Shown here: positions 13,665-27,170 of the stretch, in pieces
Layout: every line of letters starts with the position of its first letter
Numbering within the stretch: position 1 is the first letter of the stretch
Assembly: GCF_006345805.1 (NCBI RefSeq)
Contig: NC_042999.1
Span: forward strand, 102,238,001 to 102,302,000
Reading direction: 5' to 3'
Length of the DNA stretch: 64,000 bases
Source of the DNA: Octopus sinensis
Lineage: Eukaryota
The notes under the pieces: generated by a model
Seen by the model: only the letters and a program-made list of their open reading frames with translations
Told to the model about the DNA's origin: nothing
Databases searched by the model: none
Position numbers and translations under genes: made by a program

Positions 13665-14141
13665 GGGAACGATGATCACCCTTTTCAAATACTGATAGGG
13701 CACAGACAGTGTGTCAAAAGCCAGCTGGAGGAGATACCTTGCTGGGGCTATAAACTACAGTAGCATCGTCCCTTATGGGTCAGCCACATTTAGGTGGCAA
13801 ATATACTTCACGATATATATATATATATATATTATTCTCTCGTAACGTTTAATATACAATGCTTTCGATAAGTAGTCGTGTATCTGATGAAAAGGCAGTG
13901 TTTTATTTCTCTGAAACTTAATTATGTCCAGGTTAAAAAAAGATTAGCATTACATATTTACATGTGTACCGTCCTTGACTTTTCGTTTTATTTATATTTT
14001 TCATATTGTCGCTCGAGTGTTATGTAACTTTATTGAGCCCTTTTCGCAGACGCCACACGGAAACATACATACACGGATACACACACAAATGCGTGTACAA
14101 ATACGCACACATACACTCACACTCACGCTCACACCACACAC

Positions 14142-14173
<32 letters not shown>

Positions 14174-14181
14174 TAATAATA

Positions 14182-14217
<36 letters not shown>

Positions 14218-14290
14218 TGATGGTGATGATGATGATGATGATGATAATAATAATAATATAATAATAATAATAATAATAATAATGATAATA

Positions 14291-14413
<123 letters not shown>

Positions 14414-14430
14414 ATAATAATAATAATAAT

Positions 14431-14514
14431 CAAGGTGCTAGCCAAGAGATTGGCGCTTGTCGTGGACAAGCTGGTTGGCAAGACGCAGACATGCGCCGTG
14501 CCGACCAGGTCGAT
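14431..14514 (+). mobile_element. Tiny L1/Tx1-type reverse transcriptase fragment inside (TAA)n
   Basis: KVLAKRLALVVDKLVGKTQTCAVPTRSI matches the Tx1 RT motif K.LA.RL..V...LV...QTCAVPGRSI. Confidence 0.75.
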
Positions 14515-14568
14515 AATAATAATAATAATAACCGTCGTCGTTCAAAGAACAACAATAACTCTGATAAA

Positions 14569-14743
14569 GTTAATGTATTAGAGAGTGTTCAGCTCAGTTG
14601 AATGGGTGACCTTCTGTATTGTAGTGTTCGGCTGAGTTGAGTGAGGGAGCTAATGTATTGTAGAATGTTCAGACTGGTTGAGTGAGTGAGTGAGTGAGTG
14701 AATCTGTGGGTGTGTGTATGTGTGTGTGTGTGTGTGTGTATGT

Positions 14744-14793
<50 letters not shown>

Positions 14794-14913
14794 AGAGAGC
14801 TGATGTGTTGTAAAGTGTTCAACTTGGTTGAGTGGGAGAGTTAATGGACTGCGCATTTTTCAATTTGTTTGAGTGAGAGAGCTAATGGATTGGATAATTT
14901 TCGACTTGGTTGA
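14569..14913. repeat. Minisatellite of about 41 bp, about 6 diverged units, interrupted by (GT)n/(GA)n
   Basis: gctaatgtattgtagaatgttcagactggttgagtgagaga-like units at 14569, 14610, 14649, 14799, 14840 and 14881. Confidence 0.8.
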
Positions 14914-15594
14914 CATCAGTAAAGTCTTTGATAACATGTATTCAATAAAATGAGAGAATTTATCTGATATGAGTTACGTAGAGGATGAAATTACATGTAA
15001 TTAATTATCATTTATGGTTTAGATAATTGATTGTCCAACAAATACCCAAGTGATAATTGATAATTAACTATTATGTTATTTTCACACCCTTCTATTGCCT
15101 CCTCACTCGCCCTCTATGCTCTCCACTCTTCATTTTTGTTTTTGTCTCTCTCGCCGTGTATGCATATACATATAGACATACACACATGCTCTCTCTCTCT
15201 TTTTCTCGCACACACATGGGCACACACACACACATACACATACACACACACACACACGATGTGATTAAGATAGAATTGCTGTACTATGATTGTTATCATA
15301 GATTCATTAACACGAACATACACGCTAGCACGCACATATTCTCTCACACATGCTCTCACACAAGCTTATGTACACGTTCAAAAGTACAGGCTATTCGATT
15401 GCCCATAGAATGCTATTATGTTCCACAGGCGTATATTTTCGCACATGCATCAGAGACAAGGTTGAGAAAAAATATATTTTGTTGCCAGTATCAAGTAATA
15501 TTCAGAAAAGATTTCATTAAAATATAATGTATCATAAATTAAACTTGAGCCAAGCTTTCATCGATGTCTCATTGAACAGATATGTTACTTTCCA

Positions 15595-15671
<77 letters not shown>

Positions 15672-15745
15672 TGTGTGTGTGTGTGAGTATGTGTTTGTAC
15701 GTATGTACGTATGTATGATTATATATATATATATTATATATATTT

Positions 15746-16006
15746 TCAGAGCTGAGTGTTTGTGTGCATCACCTTATAGCTTCCTCGTAGCTTCTAAATG
15801 AAGCACAAATTTATTTGGGGAATTAGATGCATACATGGAAAAGATCACCATATACTGAGTTATCTTTTATTAAACTTTTAATAATTTTGATATATATTTA
15901 AAATAATATAAATTAATTAATTTTATGTATTGGCTTAAGTTTTTCATTGTTTGATTTGCCTAATAGTGTTTTATCTCTAATTTAATATAATATAATATAT
16001 ATATAT

Positions 16007-16054
<48 letters not shown>

Positions 16055-16178
16055 ATATATAAAACTCAGTATATGGTGATCTTTTCCATGTATGTATATA
16101 CTTCCCCAAATAAATTTGTGCTTCATTTAGAAGCTACGAGGAAGCTATAAGGTGATGCACACAAACACTCAGCTCTGA
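15746..16178. repeat. 116-bp near-perfect inverted repeat with about 200-bp spacer
   Basis: 15746-15861 is the reverse complement of 16063-16178, with a few mismatches. Confidence 0.92.
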
Positions 16179-16214
16179 GTGCACTGCATCTCATAGCAGA
16201 AATAGCTATAAGCT
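16131..16214 (+). ncRNA. Degenerate hammerhead, same family as 58861
   Basis: Core altered to ACGAGGA. Stem II GCTATAAGGTG/CATCTCATAGC, then GAAA-TAGCTA-TA-AGCT. Confidence 0.55.
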
Positions 16215-16350
16215 AATGGATTTAACAGCACAAATCCTGTTCCTTTGTCATTTATTAAATTACACACACACACACGCACACACACACACACACAAACATA
16301 CACACGCAAGCACACACACATACACATACATGTGTGTATGTATTTATGTA

Positions 16351-17631
16351 TAGGGTTGTGAGATAAATTGTTCGTTTCTTTCCAATCTTATTTGAATTAG
16401 AACGAAAAAAATATTTTTAATTCTGTTTTATACTGCTTTGTAAGTCTATTTTTTCTCTCCAAATTCTCTTTGTCGATTTTTGAAATTTGAATAAGTTTTA
16501 CTTTTTTCAGACATATGGCAGTAAAATGTCAAGTAAAAAAAAAAAGAAAAAGAAAAGTAAACGAATATTTTTGACACCTGCTTCTCTTCGCTTTCAATCA
16601 AACTTTTAAAGGTACCAAAGCCACACGAGATATATTTGTTCTGCGCATAGAGAAGTCACTATTTCCGAAAAAAAAAAAATACGCACAAAACAGTTTTCAC
16701 GATCCAAGGAATGGAAAATTCGCATCATAAACACCTTCCGGCTGACTTGATAGTTCAAAGAGGATCGATTAAAAGAGCTGATCCACGAAGATCCGCACCA
16801 TTCCACGTGGGAATTGGCTCAGCAGGTAGGATGCTGTCATGATATCGTTAACCGTCACCATCACTCGGTGGGTAGGGTCCAAAACCTCGATGCATGAGTG
16901 CCATAAACTCTGCCAGTTTGCTCGCCCGACCCTAGGCTTCTCGTAGACAAACAGAGATTTCTTTACCGCATCGTCACTGGTGAAGAAAAATGGCGTCTTT
17001 ATATCAATATGAAGCAGAAAAAAAAAAGAATAGTTTCAGTTCCGACAAGCAAGCAATACCTCGAGCCAAGCCAGAGCTGCATCCACATAAGACAATGATT
17101 TACATTGGAGGGACTGGGAAGGTCTAATCTACTACAAAGTGCTTGAAAACACGGTCAATGCAGAGCTTTAAGTTCGGCAAATGCACTGGCTCAACAAAGC
17201 AATCCTGCTAAAACATCTCGACCGACAATACGGCGAACTTCTTCAACACGATCACGCTCGCTCCACGTTGCTAATTTAACAAAAAAAAAAAAAAATTCAA
17301 GTGTTCCGTTGGGAAGTTTTTCTGCACCCGCTGCATTTTCCTGATATAGCACCTTCAGATTATTATCTTTTTCGGTCATTCTCTAACAGACCGTGAGGCG
17401 TTCTTTCAATAACGACATGAAGCTGGAAACGTGCCTCGATGAATCCTTCAAGCCGGTGCCAGGTGATTTCTACCGTCAAGGTATTGACAAGTTAGTCAAA
17501 CATTGGCAAGAAGTCATGAACAATGAAGAAGATTATATTATTAGCTGGTTTGTTAAAATTGTTGATGAAAAATAAGGATTAAAATAAACGGAGGGCTGGG
17601 AAGAAACGAACGAATTTATCTAACGACTCTG
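16351..17631 (+). mobile_element. Full-length (about 1.28 kb) decayed mariner transposon
   Basis: TIRs tagggttgtgagataaattgttcgtttctt and aagaaacgaacgaatttatctaacgactctg, with TA on the left. Transposase remnants inside. Confidence 0.92.
16515..17575 (+). pseudogene. Mariner DD34D transposase pseudogene
   Basis: Motifs HLLLFAFNQ, LKELIHEDP..STWELA, RIVTGEEKW, PDIAPSDYYLFRS and FYRQGIDKLVKHWQEV, with many stops and frameshifts. Confidence 0.88.
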
Positions 17632-18339
17632 TTTAAAATATAGACATTTCAACATTTGAGCGTCCAGTTGTTCGATCAGATAAACAGCCTACTCATTAAA
17701 ATAACATACAAAGGGGCTGAGTATTCCACAGACACATGTACATACAACGTAATTCTCAAGTAGATTTAACGTGGCACAGCGTGACAAGGATAGACCATTC
17801 GACACGGGCTTTTAGAGATTACATCTACCCAATTTCATAACAAGGCATGGATCAGCCCGAGATCATATAAAAGGCTTTGCCTAGCATGCCACGTAATAAC
17901 ATTGAACCCGAAAACTCACAGATACAAGGCAAGCTTCTTAGCCATTATTTCAAACCTTCCATGTGTATATTATGTATGACCTGTATAAACAAATAACCAA
18001 AATGTCCTCATATTATTATTGTTCTCGTCAAGATACAGTGGATAAGTATTTGAAAAAAAAAATACTGAATGGTTATCTTTGTTAAATGTTCTTGTCATGC
18101 CTACTTGACATTGGGTTAAGTGACAACAATATGCCAGACATATTCTGAGTCTTAAAATGGTGATTATGAAATGCTCATGATCACCCACATCTTTATTGGT
18201 GTCAAAATAAAATAGAAATAAGAGTCCAAGTGAATATAATGTCAATCTATCAGTGGTAGAAGAAAGGAAGTGAAACTAAGGTGAAGAAATGCGTCTACTT
18301 GGGATAGACAGTAAATACATACTGAGGCAAAAAAAAAAC

Positions 18340-18680
18340 TGAAAGCAAGAGCAGGGTGGAAGGTTGTTGTGTCGATTAAATATGTGCTCAAAGCACTACT
18401 CAACAAGATCCTGTGTGCCAATCTCTTCAATAGCTCCGTTCTACCTGTACTTTTATTTGCAATTGAAACGAGGTTATTCGAGAACAGAATGAAGCGAACA
18501 ATGTTCGCAGAATACCTACAGCACACTTTTCGTTGGGCCAGAAATATCACATAGGTGGATCTGCACAATTGTCGGGTGATATTTAAAACCAGAAAAGACC
18601 TCGAAGACATAATTAAAAGAATCGGCTCCAGATGGAAGAGAAGGGTACAACCAATAGATGGTAAGCACATTGTAACTAGA
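18340..18680 (+). mobile_element. RTE-clade LINE C-terminal fragment
   Basis: RAGWKVVVSIKYVLK...ANLFNSSVLPVLLFAIET resembles the RTE motif AGW...LFNS.VLP.MLY..ETW. Confidence 0.7.
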
Positions 18681-18704
18681 AAGGTATGAGGGCATCTGAT
18701 TATC

Positions 18705-18936
18705 TAGTCGATTGCAAATGCACCGGTTCGACGAGGCAGTCCAGCTGAAACAACCCGACTGGCAACATATCGTACTTCTTCAACGCGACAACCATCGCCC
18801 CACGTTGCTAAATTGACCAGAAATGTTATTCAAGTGCTCGGTTGGGAAGTTCTACCGCACCGATCGCATTCTCTTGATGCGGTGGCTACGGTAGATTATC
18901 ATCTTTTTCGGTCACATTCTAACAGTCTGCGAGGGT
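18705..18936 (+). mobile_element. Second mariner transposase fragment
   Basis: VLLQRDN..PHVA....VIQVLGWEVLPH....DYHLFRS. Paralog of 17180-17400. Confidence 0.85.
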
Positions 18937-19436
18937 GAAACCCAGCAAAACACAACTAAAAAAATGTGAGGAGGATGAAGAGGATGAAGAGGATGATGAA
19001 TGTGGGGAGGATTACCCTCATGATAATAATGAAGCTAACATGAGATTCCTAGTTTTCATTTTTGGAAGAGTAACCAGCGTTTCATAAGAGATTAACGGAC
19101 GTGGTGTCATAGATAACGGACAACCGACAGGGCCGAGATATAAGAGACACTCCGTACACAGAGGATGTAGTTTTAAAATAATATGTACTTTTAAAATGAT
19201 GTCTTATTGTTTTCATTTATAGTTATTTATCTATTATATGTTTTTTTATTTTACATAGATATTTTAAGTGTCTTGTTAATATAACATACCTAACCCATCC
19301 TATTTGTTTTTATATAACTCGTCTGTCACATCCCACACGTTCGTTTCATAAACTTTTAGGCTTACCGTTTCATAGTTTATTTGCATGAGTGAATTACACG
19401 AAACTGCCTTCGATGGATAAACATAAATAATTATTC

Positions 19437-20020
19437 GGTGAATTGGCAGAATCGTTTGATCATCCAACAAAAAGACTTGCGTTATTTGTTCCGGCTCTTT
19501 ACCTCCTGTGTTCAAAATCCACCGGCGATTAACATTGCTTTTCATTGTTTCTGGGCCGATAAATAAAGTATCGTTCATTTAATCAACTAACCCATTACCT
19601 CCAAAGTTTCTGGCTTCATGCCTAGGGTTAAAAATGATAATCATTATTCGTAGATGGTAGAATTCGTATTTCGGGTGTACGCTCTTAGTTCAGATCCAAC
19701 CGAGGCCAGCTTTGCCATTCATCCTTCGAGGGTGATAAAGTACTAGACAAGTACTAGTATCAGTTGAAGAGATGAACACCCTCACCCAAGATTTCTGGTT
19801 GGAAACGATTGATTAATAATAATAATAATTATTATTATTGGTCGATGGCAAAGTCAGTAGGGAGGTGTACAAAATACTTTGCAGTATTAACTTACAAGCT
19901 GTGTTTTAATAGCCACAGGGCCGACTTCGCCTTTCGTATTTAAGCAATATGTACCAGACACGTACAAGGCAGGATAAAATGAATAATACGATAACACACT
20001 CCCTTATAATCTGTATCTTC
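19437..20020 (+). mobile_element. Cluster of three diverged family A SINEs
   Basis: Repeated ggcagaatcg heads and gcctttcat/aagtac cores at about 19437, 19655 and 19850. Confidence 0.65.
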
Positions 20021-21976
20021 CTGTTAAAAAATCATCATCATTATCATCATTATTGTCTGTTACTGTTTAAAGATCTGTATTAAAATCACCCCAGGCAGGT
20101 AAATTTTATATATTTTTACGTTAAATTTGTATATGTTATTATATTAAAGGAGAGGAGAGGAAATTGGGATCGTTTTTAGGGGAGAAATGTATTATTTGTT
20201 ATTTTTTTCTGGTTTCACGGCAACAATTATTTTCAATATAGCTACGGTGGTGACGTCGAGGAACGACTTCCTGAATAGAAATTGTGAATTTCGTCCTTTG
20301 AAGGATGAAGAAAATACACGCATTTTGTTTATTGGGAACATTTGCCAAAATAACATTGGATAACACGAATAACTTCGACAAAAACACTAATATGAACATC
20401 GTTAAAACACACACAAAAACTATATATATATATAGATATCCGCTAACTCACATGAAAGCAGCAGTGACTGTCGTAAAACTGAAACGGAAACAGAAATTAG
20501 CAACAGTAGTAAAAAAGAGCAACAGTGGGGGAAACATACTTGTACAAGTTGTAGTTAGACGCGCATATCTAGACATGATGGTAGAAATGGAAGCGATACG
20601 ATCACAGGTCAACAGAGTCATGGAAGAGGTACAGCTGTAAGGAACAGTGAATGGAAAAGGCACGGCCTTAGGCCACCAGAGAAATGGAGGAGATACGGCC
20701 TTAAGTCAGTAGAGTAGGTCAAGAAGGAAATGGAAATACTCTGTAACCTCCTTAGAAGAGACTTCGGAGACATTAAGTATCTCAGATCACATTAACCGTA
20801 TCAGGTGGCTAGATGTCTCTTTTATCCTAGTGAATATAATTTATAAATCTGGAGAACTAACGTGAAAAAAGTGCCATTGAGTTACGGCTGCTAGCACTTC
20901 TTCACAAACAAAAACACAAAACAAAACAAAATACTCGTGGTAATGAAGTTTACGACAACATTAGGAAAAGACAGATCCTTAGTTTCTTGTAGTCTTCGTC
21001 AAGGATTTTAGCGATATTTAGCATGGACAAATCTGAAGGCTTGTTCATATATTTCTAAATGATGATGACACCAGAGTAGTAACGGGACATCTCGGATAAA
21101 TTTTCCACTGAATGAAATCAAGGCAAGAAATTTCACGTTGTTGGATAATAGAAAACCTGCTGAAGAGGACATCATTTCAGGATCTTCTTTCCTTTCCCTA
21201 AGACAACAGTAAAACAACAAGGAATAGCAACAATGTGATAAAAAAAAAAGATGCTGGGTGCAGTAATGTGTACAATGGCGGAATATGTACAAACGCTACC
21301 TGCATCTCTGAAGTTCAAAACCTAGGTCAACCTTCACTAAAACAAATCAAAAAGTCAGTCCAGTCATTTTAGGGATTCCGAGGGCTACATTTTTTAATGT
21401 ACTATTTCAAATCTCAACCTGGCCTCTTAAGAAAATAAAGACTCATTAAATAATGTAGTCCTACAAATAATGTTTGGAAATAAGAGTAGATGGCCATAAC
21501 TGGATCTCCTTTAATCATGATTCTACAAGATGGAGATTAACCTTGGGTTAAACAATAACAACAAAATCCACCCTTGCTTTCCATCTGGGGGTAGCAGATT
21601 GCACGAAAGAGAGCGTCCTGAAAGAAACTAGCTATGAAGAGAATATTCTACACTCCACTAATGGAGGAAAAAAAAACTGGTGACTATGGGTAATTTTCTT
21701 GGCTTAGTTTTGCTACAGGTATACGTTCAACCTACTAGAAATAGTAACAGAAATACCATCAGATCACATATAAACACACTTGACTGACTTTTAAAAAAGG
21801 ACACACTGGGAAACCTGATTAGTCTTACGTATACGAAAAGAAAAGGCGATATGGTCATAGATGGAGTGTTTTTATAGATCATAGGTCTGCGCGATCACAG
21901 CTGACCTAGAGGCTGAACAAAAACAACCGCAACAAAAAACAATAACGACAACTTCAAACATCAATTATTGTTGTTG

Positions 21977-22052
<76 letters not shown>

Positions 22053-22451
22053 CATTACTATGTTTAACAAAACTGAACAATGAATCCAAAATGTTGCTGG
22101 CTGAATGAATATTTGATAGTTGAATAGATTGCAACAAATGTACAAAACAAAAACAAAAACACAAAACAAAAACAAAAACACAAAACAAAAAACAAACAAA
22201 AAAAACGAAAACAAGAACAGCGATGCGAAACGTAGTTTTCTTTAAATGGCCGCCACATTGGTGTTCTGGTAAATCTGTTGATAATGTCATTTGCCGAATC
22301 GGCGAATATAAACCAACCAATGGGTTTGTATCCTGAGAGCTGTTTCGATTATGGTAGAGATGAAACAATTTACAAGCGAATGACTTCCTCCGTAAAGATG
22401 AAAAGAATTCATTAGTCGTAGGAGAAAAAAACACATAATTATATATTCATA

Positions 22452-22497
<46 letters not shown>

Positions 22498-22790
22498 TGT
22501 ATGTATATATTATGTATATGGGGGTGTACGTATATACATATGTGCGCAGTCATATTCAGCCACCCACACCACACACATGTATAAATACAATTATAAGTGT
22601 ATATATATATATGTGTGTGTGTGTTTGTGTGTGTGTGTGTGCGCGCGTGTGTGCGTGCGTGTGTGTGTGTGTGTGTGAGTATATATATACTTACGTATAT
22701 ATAGATACATATTTTTTGTATATATATATATACATATATATATACATATATATACATATATATATATATATAATATACATTATATATATA

Positions 22791-22830
<40 letters not shown>

Positions 22831-23539
22831 TATATATACGTATAAAATTATATATGCTCACACACACGCACATAGACATACATATACATTCTATGGTGTT
22901 GTCGTTATCATCATCATCATTATCATCAAATGTCATAAATTAAATGAAGAGACAGTCAGACAAAGAGCTATTGTTGTATATATTAATATACGTATATACA
23001 TACATTAATATCTCATGCGGAATGAATGTCTCTCTGGTCACAGCATAGCAGCGGGACTAACTAATTGTGCATCCATCATCAGTGGAGAATGAGAAAGACC
23101 ATCGTACGAGAATTCATTATTTATATACACTACCATGACGGAATACCGAAAGGTAAGGAGGGAGAACGAAATTCGAGCGGTATTTTTTGGTCATGTATGT
23201 GTGTGTGTGTGTGTGTGTGTGGTGTATTTATATATAGATGTATACACAAATATGAACTCACAGTACCTCGAGTTTCCCAGCAAGCTATGGGCATGGAATT
23301 ATCCAACTACCGATCAGTCGTCAATGTCCTTGCCACCGCTTATCAGTTGTGAAACCATTACATGAAAAATAGGCAGTCTTTTTTTTATTCATGTTTTTTT
23401 TTTTCTGTTTTCGTTTTATTTTAAAAATCTATATGAGTTGATAAAATTAATAGGAATTAACAATTCGTGAAAATTAATAAAAAGTATTTGCAAGTAGTAT
23501 AAAAGTTCATGTGGCTGGAAATAAAAATCTGAGAATGTA

Positions 23540-24530
23540 CGTGATAGTGTGCGGCTATTTTCCCAAAATTTTGCTTTTGGCATTTAAACAAAGTAGTAGG
23601 ATCCAGTGAGCTTTTCCGAATAAGCTACCTTTCTACATTACAAAGCTTGCACCATTGGTGTAAGGTTTGTATCTTTTTAATGTCTTCCATGGAATGGTTG
23701 ATGAACCTCGCTTTCAAATCCAAAATATAGCAGGGGAGGGCTGTGTTATGATCAGTTTCAACAGGAAGAGATTTGGTTATTGAATCTTGCTTTAAAAGTA
23801 CCTTCTGTATAATCTATATACCTCTTAATGCTGGCGGTGCTATCTGTATTAGCTAATCTGGCTGACGCTTCATATATTATAGCCTCAATGTTACTGGTTC
23901 CATCCGGTGGCACAATTCTCTCTTTCTAGAGGCATATAAGGTTCATCTTGGAGGCTTATAGTTACACACAATCATGTTTTTGTAGCTGAGATGGGGAGGG
24001 GCACCGGTAGAACTAAAAGTAATCTCCAAGCTAAGAGTACTGAAATGTTTCCTATATTTGTGATTAGCAGGGAAGTGTTTATTTATTAACGTTAGGAAGA
24101 TTTTTGTCTAAGTTGGTTGCAACGTCTGTAGAATAAGGGAGTGATGGTGAAACAGATAACGTTCCGACACCTATTTCTTCTACGTGGTTCTGTGGTTATA
24201 CCTAAGTTTGTTCTACAAGCTGTTTGTTTTCAGAGTGTCATAATAAAAGGGGAAAGAGTTATTTTGTCAAAAATTTCCTTAATGGAGGAGAAGTTGGAGA
24301 TTCTTTTGCTAATACTTATAACTAAGTTTTTAGAGATTATAAGGGTGATAGTAGGATATTACTTTAATATATGGCAGCTCGTCGTTCGACTTCCTCTAAA
24401 GTTGCTAATCAAGTTGCTAATCAAGTCTAGTGGCAATTCTAGGAAATTGATTACTGTTATATTTGTGTCCATAGTGTTCTCTAGGCCGAAGGACCTGAAA
24501 ACTTTACAAGGATGTTCGAAAAATACGATA
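23540..24530 (-). mobile_element. Decayed Penelope-like element (Naiad-like): RT thumb, linker and GIY-YIG
   Basis: Minus strand, across frameshifts: NITVINFLELPLDL, SISKRISNFSS..IF, PYSTDVATN, LINKHFPANHKY, IIYEAS....YIDYTEGTFKARFNN, CKLCNVE. Confidence 0.8.
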
Positions 24531-24577
24531 TAAACATTAAGTTGTAAAATACACCTAAGAAATAAGCATAATATTAA

Positions 24578-24800
24578 TAATCCTTTCTACTAAAGGTACA
24601 AGGTCTAAAATTTGGGTGGTGGAGATAGTTGATTACATCGATCCCAGTGCTCAGCTGGTACTTATTTTATGAACCCCGAAAGGATGAAAGGCAAAGTCGG
24701 CCTAGGTGGTATTTGAACTCAGAGCGTAAAGAAGGACGATATGCCGGAAAGTATTTTGCTCGGTGTGCTAACGAGCTAACGACTGTGCCAGCTCACCGCC
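24578..24800 (-). mobile_element. SINE family A
   Basis: Reverse-complement match to the 6413 and 33694 copies. Confidence 0.88.
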
Positions 24801-24823
24801 TGTTTAAGAATATGGACATTAGA

Positions 24824-25219
24824 AACAAGAGCTCTGAGAGGGCGCCAACCTCCACCAAAGCAACACCAACGTCCACTCAACGATTAGCCAGAGTCGATTT
24901 TTAAAATGAGAATATCTGAAATAAACTCGACTCCTTTCACAAACGAGAATACTAAAAATGAACCCGACCGCTCTCAAAAATTAAGTAAAAAAAAAAAAAA
25001 AAAAGAAAGGAAAAATAATCCAGAATCCTTGTCCGGTATCAGATTGATCCCAAAATCTAATCAGTTCGTGTCAGTCACAGTGTCATACATCCCTGAAAGT
25101 TTTCATCCGAATCCATCCAGCGGTTCTTGAGATATCTTGTCCAAAGACAAACAAACAAACAAACAAACAAACAAGCACAACTGAAAACAATACCTCCGCC
25201 TTCGCTAAGGCAGAGATAA
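24824..25219 (-). mobile_element. Helentron-associated non-autonomous element (HINE/DINE-1-like)
   Basis: Terminal inverted repeat cctccgccttcgctaaggcagag, (ACAA)n microsatellite, subterminal acctccacc copy, and a short hairpin next to the terminal aacaag. Confidence 0.75.
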
Positions 25220-25225
25220 TAATAA

Positions 25226-25668
25226 AGGCGGCGAGTTGGTAGTCAGTTACTACATTGGACAAAATGCTGAGTGGATTTACGTTCTGAGTTCAAATGCCGC
25301 GAGGGTTGATTTTGCTTTCTATTTGTCTGGGGGTCGATAAAATAAATACCAGTCGCTGTTATCGATTAGTTTCGTCCCACAAAGCTTTAGGCCTTGCGCC
25401 TATTGCAGAATGGATATTAGAATCATTAGCTCACAAGTATTTCTTTCTGCAAAGAATTTTAGTAGAGATTTTATTGAGCATCAAAGTTTATTATCATTCT
25501 GAGTAATAAATATTTCTAATATATAGTGACGTAATACCTCAATATTATTTAGACCTTGAATGGATGAAAGGAAAAAGTTGATCTCTGCAGGATTCGAACT
25601 CAGAACATGAACAAATACCCGAGGAAATTTTTCGACGATGTACCAATTCTGCCAATCTATCCGCCTAC
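25226..25668. mobile_element. Two family A SINEs in opposite orientation
   Basis: Plus copy at 25226-25417 and minus copy at about 25520-25668. Confidence 0.75.
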
Positions 25669-25790
25669 GTTTACAGCAATTGATATACTTAAAATAATGG
25701 ACTAAACTAAATGGACACTGGAACATCAATAACTGTTGGATACGTTAAAATGCATTTAAATATCTAGCAATACCTATCTATCTATCTATC

Positions 25791-25849
<59 letters not shown>

Positions 25850-26629
25850 GTGTGCGTGTGAGTGCATGTATGTATGTATGTATGTATGTATGTATGTATG
25901 TATGTATGTATGTATGTATGTGTGTATATATGTGGGTCAAGTTACTATTAGTTTTACTGGTAACATTTAACCCAATACAACTTGTTGCATGGTCGGGCCG
26001 TCGGCGATTAAACCGACAACCTTCCTAAGCTTGTTTGGTAAAGTAGTCGGTTTTTATTAGACATCCTGCTGGACGAAAAGCAAAATCTTGTCAAAGGGCG
26101 AATGAACGCAGTATAGTTAATAGCCGTCCAACCGCTGAAAGTGAGAGATTACTAGTTTTATTTAAACATTTCTCTAGAAGGAAACTCGGATGTAACTGCG
26201 ATTTCATTTGCATCCAGTGATGTAGACTAACTAATTCTTTTTGAGCAAAAGCATACGTTGTTTAGAAAGCAGGATTGGCCCTGTGAAAGGCCATTCTTCA
26301 TTTTCAAAGCTTCAGGCATTGCTTCCTCTTTTAACATCTCTATTATGTATTGTATATCATGGCTGATCGTAACCGAAAAAGGCAAAACATTTAATGAAAA
26401 TTTCCATGATGGAATCAAAGGATATGTCAGTATGGGTAGTATGTTATGTAAACATCTACAGCAAGAGGCGTCCATCTGTGCCACATTTTTGTAAGTGGCC
26501 TCTTTAAGAGACCAATGAAGTGATGGCATTGTTCGAAATTATGTTGCAGCCATCATGTATGTATGTATGTATGTATGTATGTATGTATGTATGTATGTAT
26601 GTATGTATGTATGTATGTGTGTGTACGTA

Positions 26630-27005
26630 CTCTTCTGTTTCTAATTATTTAAATTCTTCTTCTTAGGAAGGAGCTGGTTTCCAACTGTTACACAAAGCTC
26701 CGTCGGTGGAATATAGATAACAAAAACATTGTCACACTTGAAACTTGAGAAAAGTTTTGCACATTTTTACTGTTTCACTTACAGATTGTATTTGTAACGT
26801 GCGAGTTGGTTGATTTTTTTTTTTTGTCTGAAAACCCTAGCTTATTCAGATTATCACTTAGGCATTTTTTCCACAAAGCTAAGTGCATAAGCGTGAGTTT
26901 ATAATCTGGATATAGGAGCCGGGGAGTTTCGAAACAGTTGTCCATAGTTATCTCTTTCTTTTTGATTTTCAAAGAGTATTCAAATCAGCAGGACAGCTGA
27001 CTTCA
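26630..27005 (-). mobile_element. R4/Dong-type LINE 3' fragment, diverged relative of 6099 and 28167
   Basis: EVSCPADLN.LKIKKKE...PRLLYPDYK...CLSDNLNKLGFSD. 3' end abuts (CATA)n. Confidence 0.85.
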
Positions 27006-27123
27006 TACGTACGTACATACATACGTACGTACGTACATACATACGTACGTACGTACATACATACATACATACATACATACGTACGCGCACATACACATAC
27101 ACACACACACTCACACACACACA

Positions 27124-27170
<47 letters not shown>

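Noticed and set aside
13884-13932. CTGATGA...GAAA motif
   Set aside because: Stems I and II do not pair convincingly.
14569-14913. Regularly spaced repeats as a possible CRISPR array
   Set aside because: Tandem diverged units without unique spacers, no cas genes, eukaryotic context.
20440-20950. Possible decayed CR1/L2 3' end on the minus strand
   Set aside because: Only a vague resemblance; no clear motif.
22330-22400. Minus-strand GAAACAGCTCTC; also GAAACAGCTGTA near 49525 and CTGATAA near 35131
   Set aside because: Probably decayed hammerheads, but the cores are too degenerate to call.
23040-23370. Unique sequence with splice-donor-like aag/gtaagg (+) and ct/gtgagt (-)
   Set aside because: No matching acceptor or recognisable protein; cannot support an exon.
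26000-26550. Coding-like stretch with an FFGYDQP motif, possibly a DNA transposase remnant
   Set aside because: Too few motifs to assign without a homology search.
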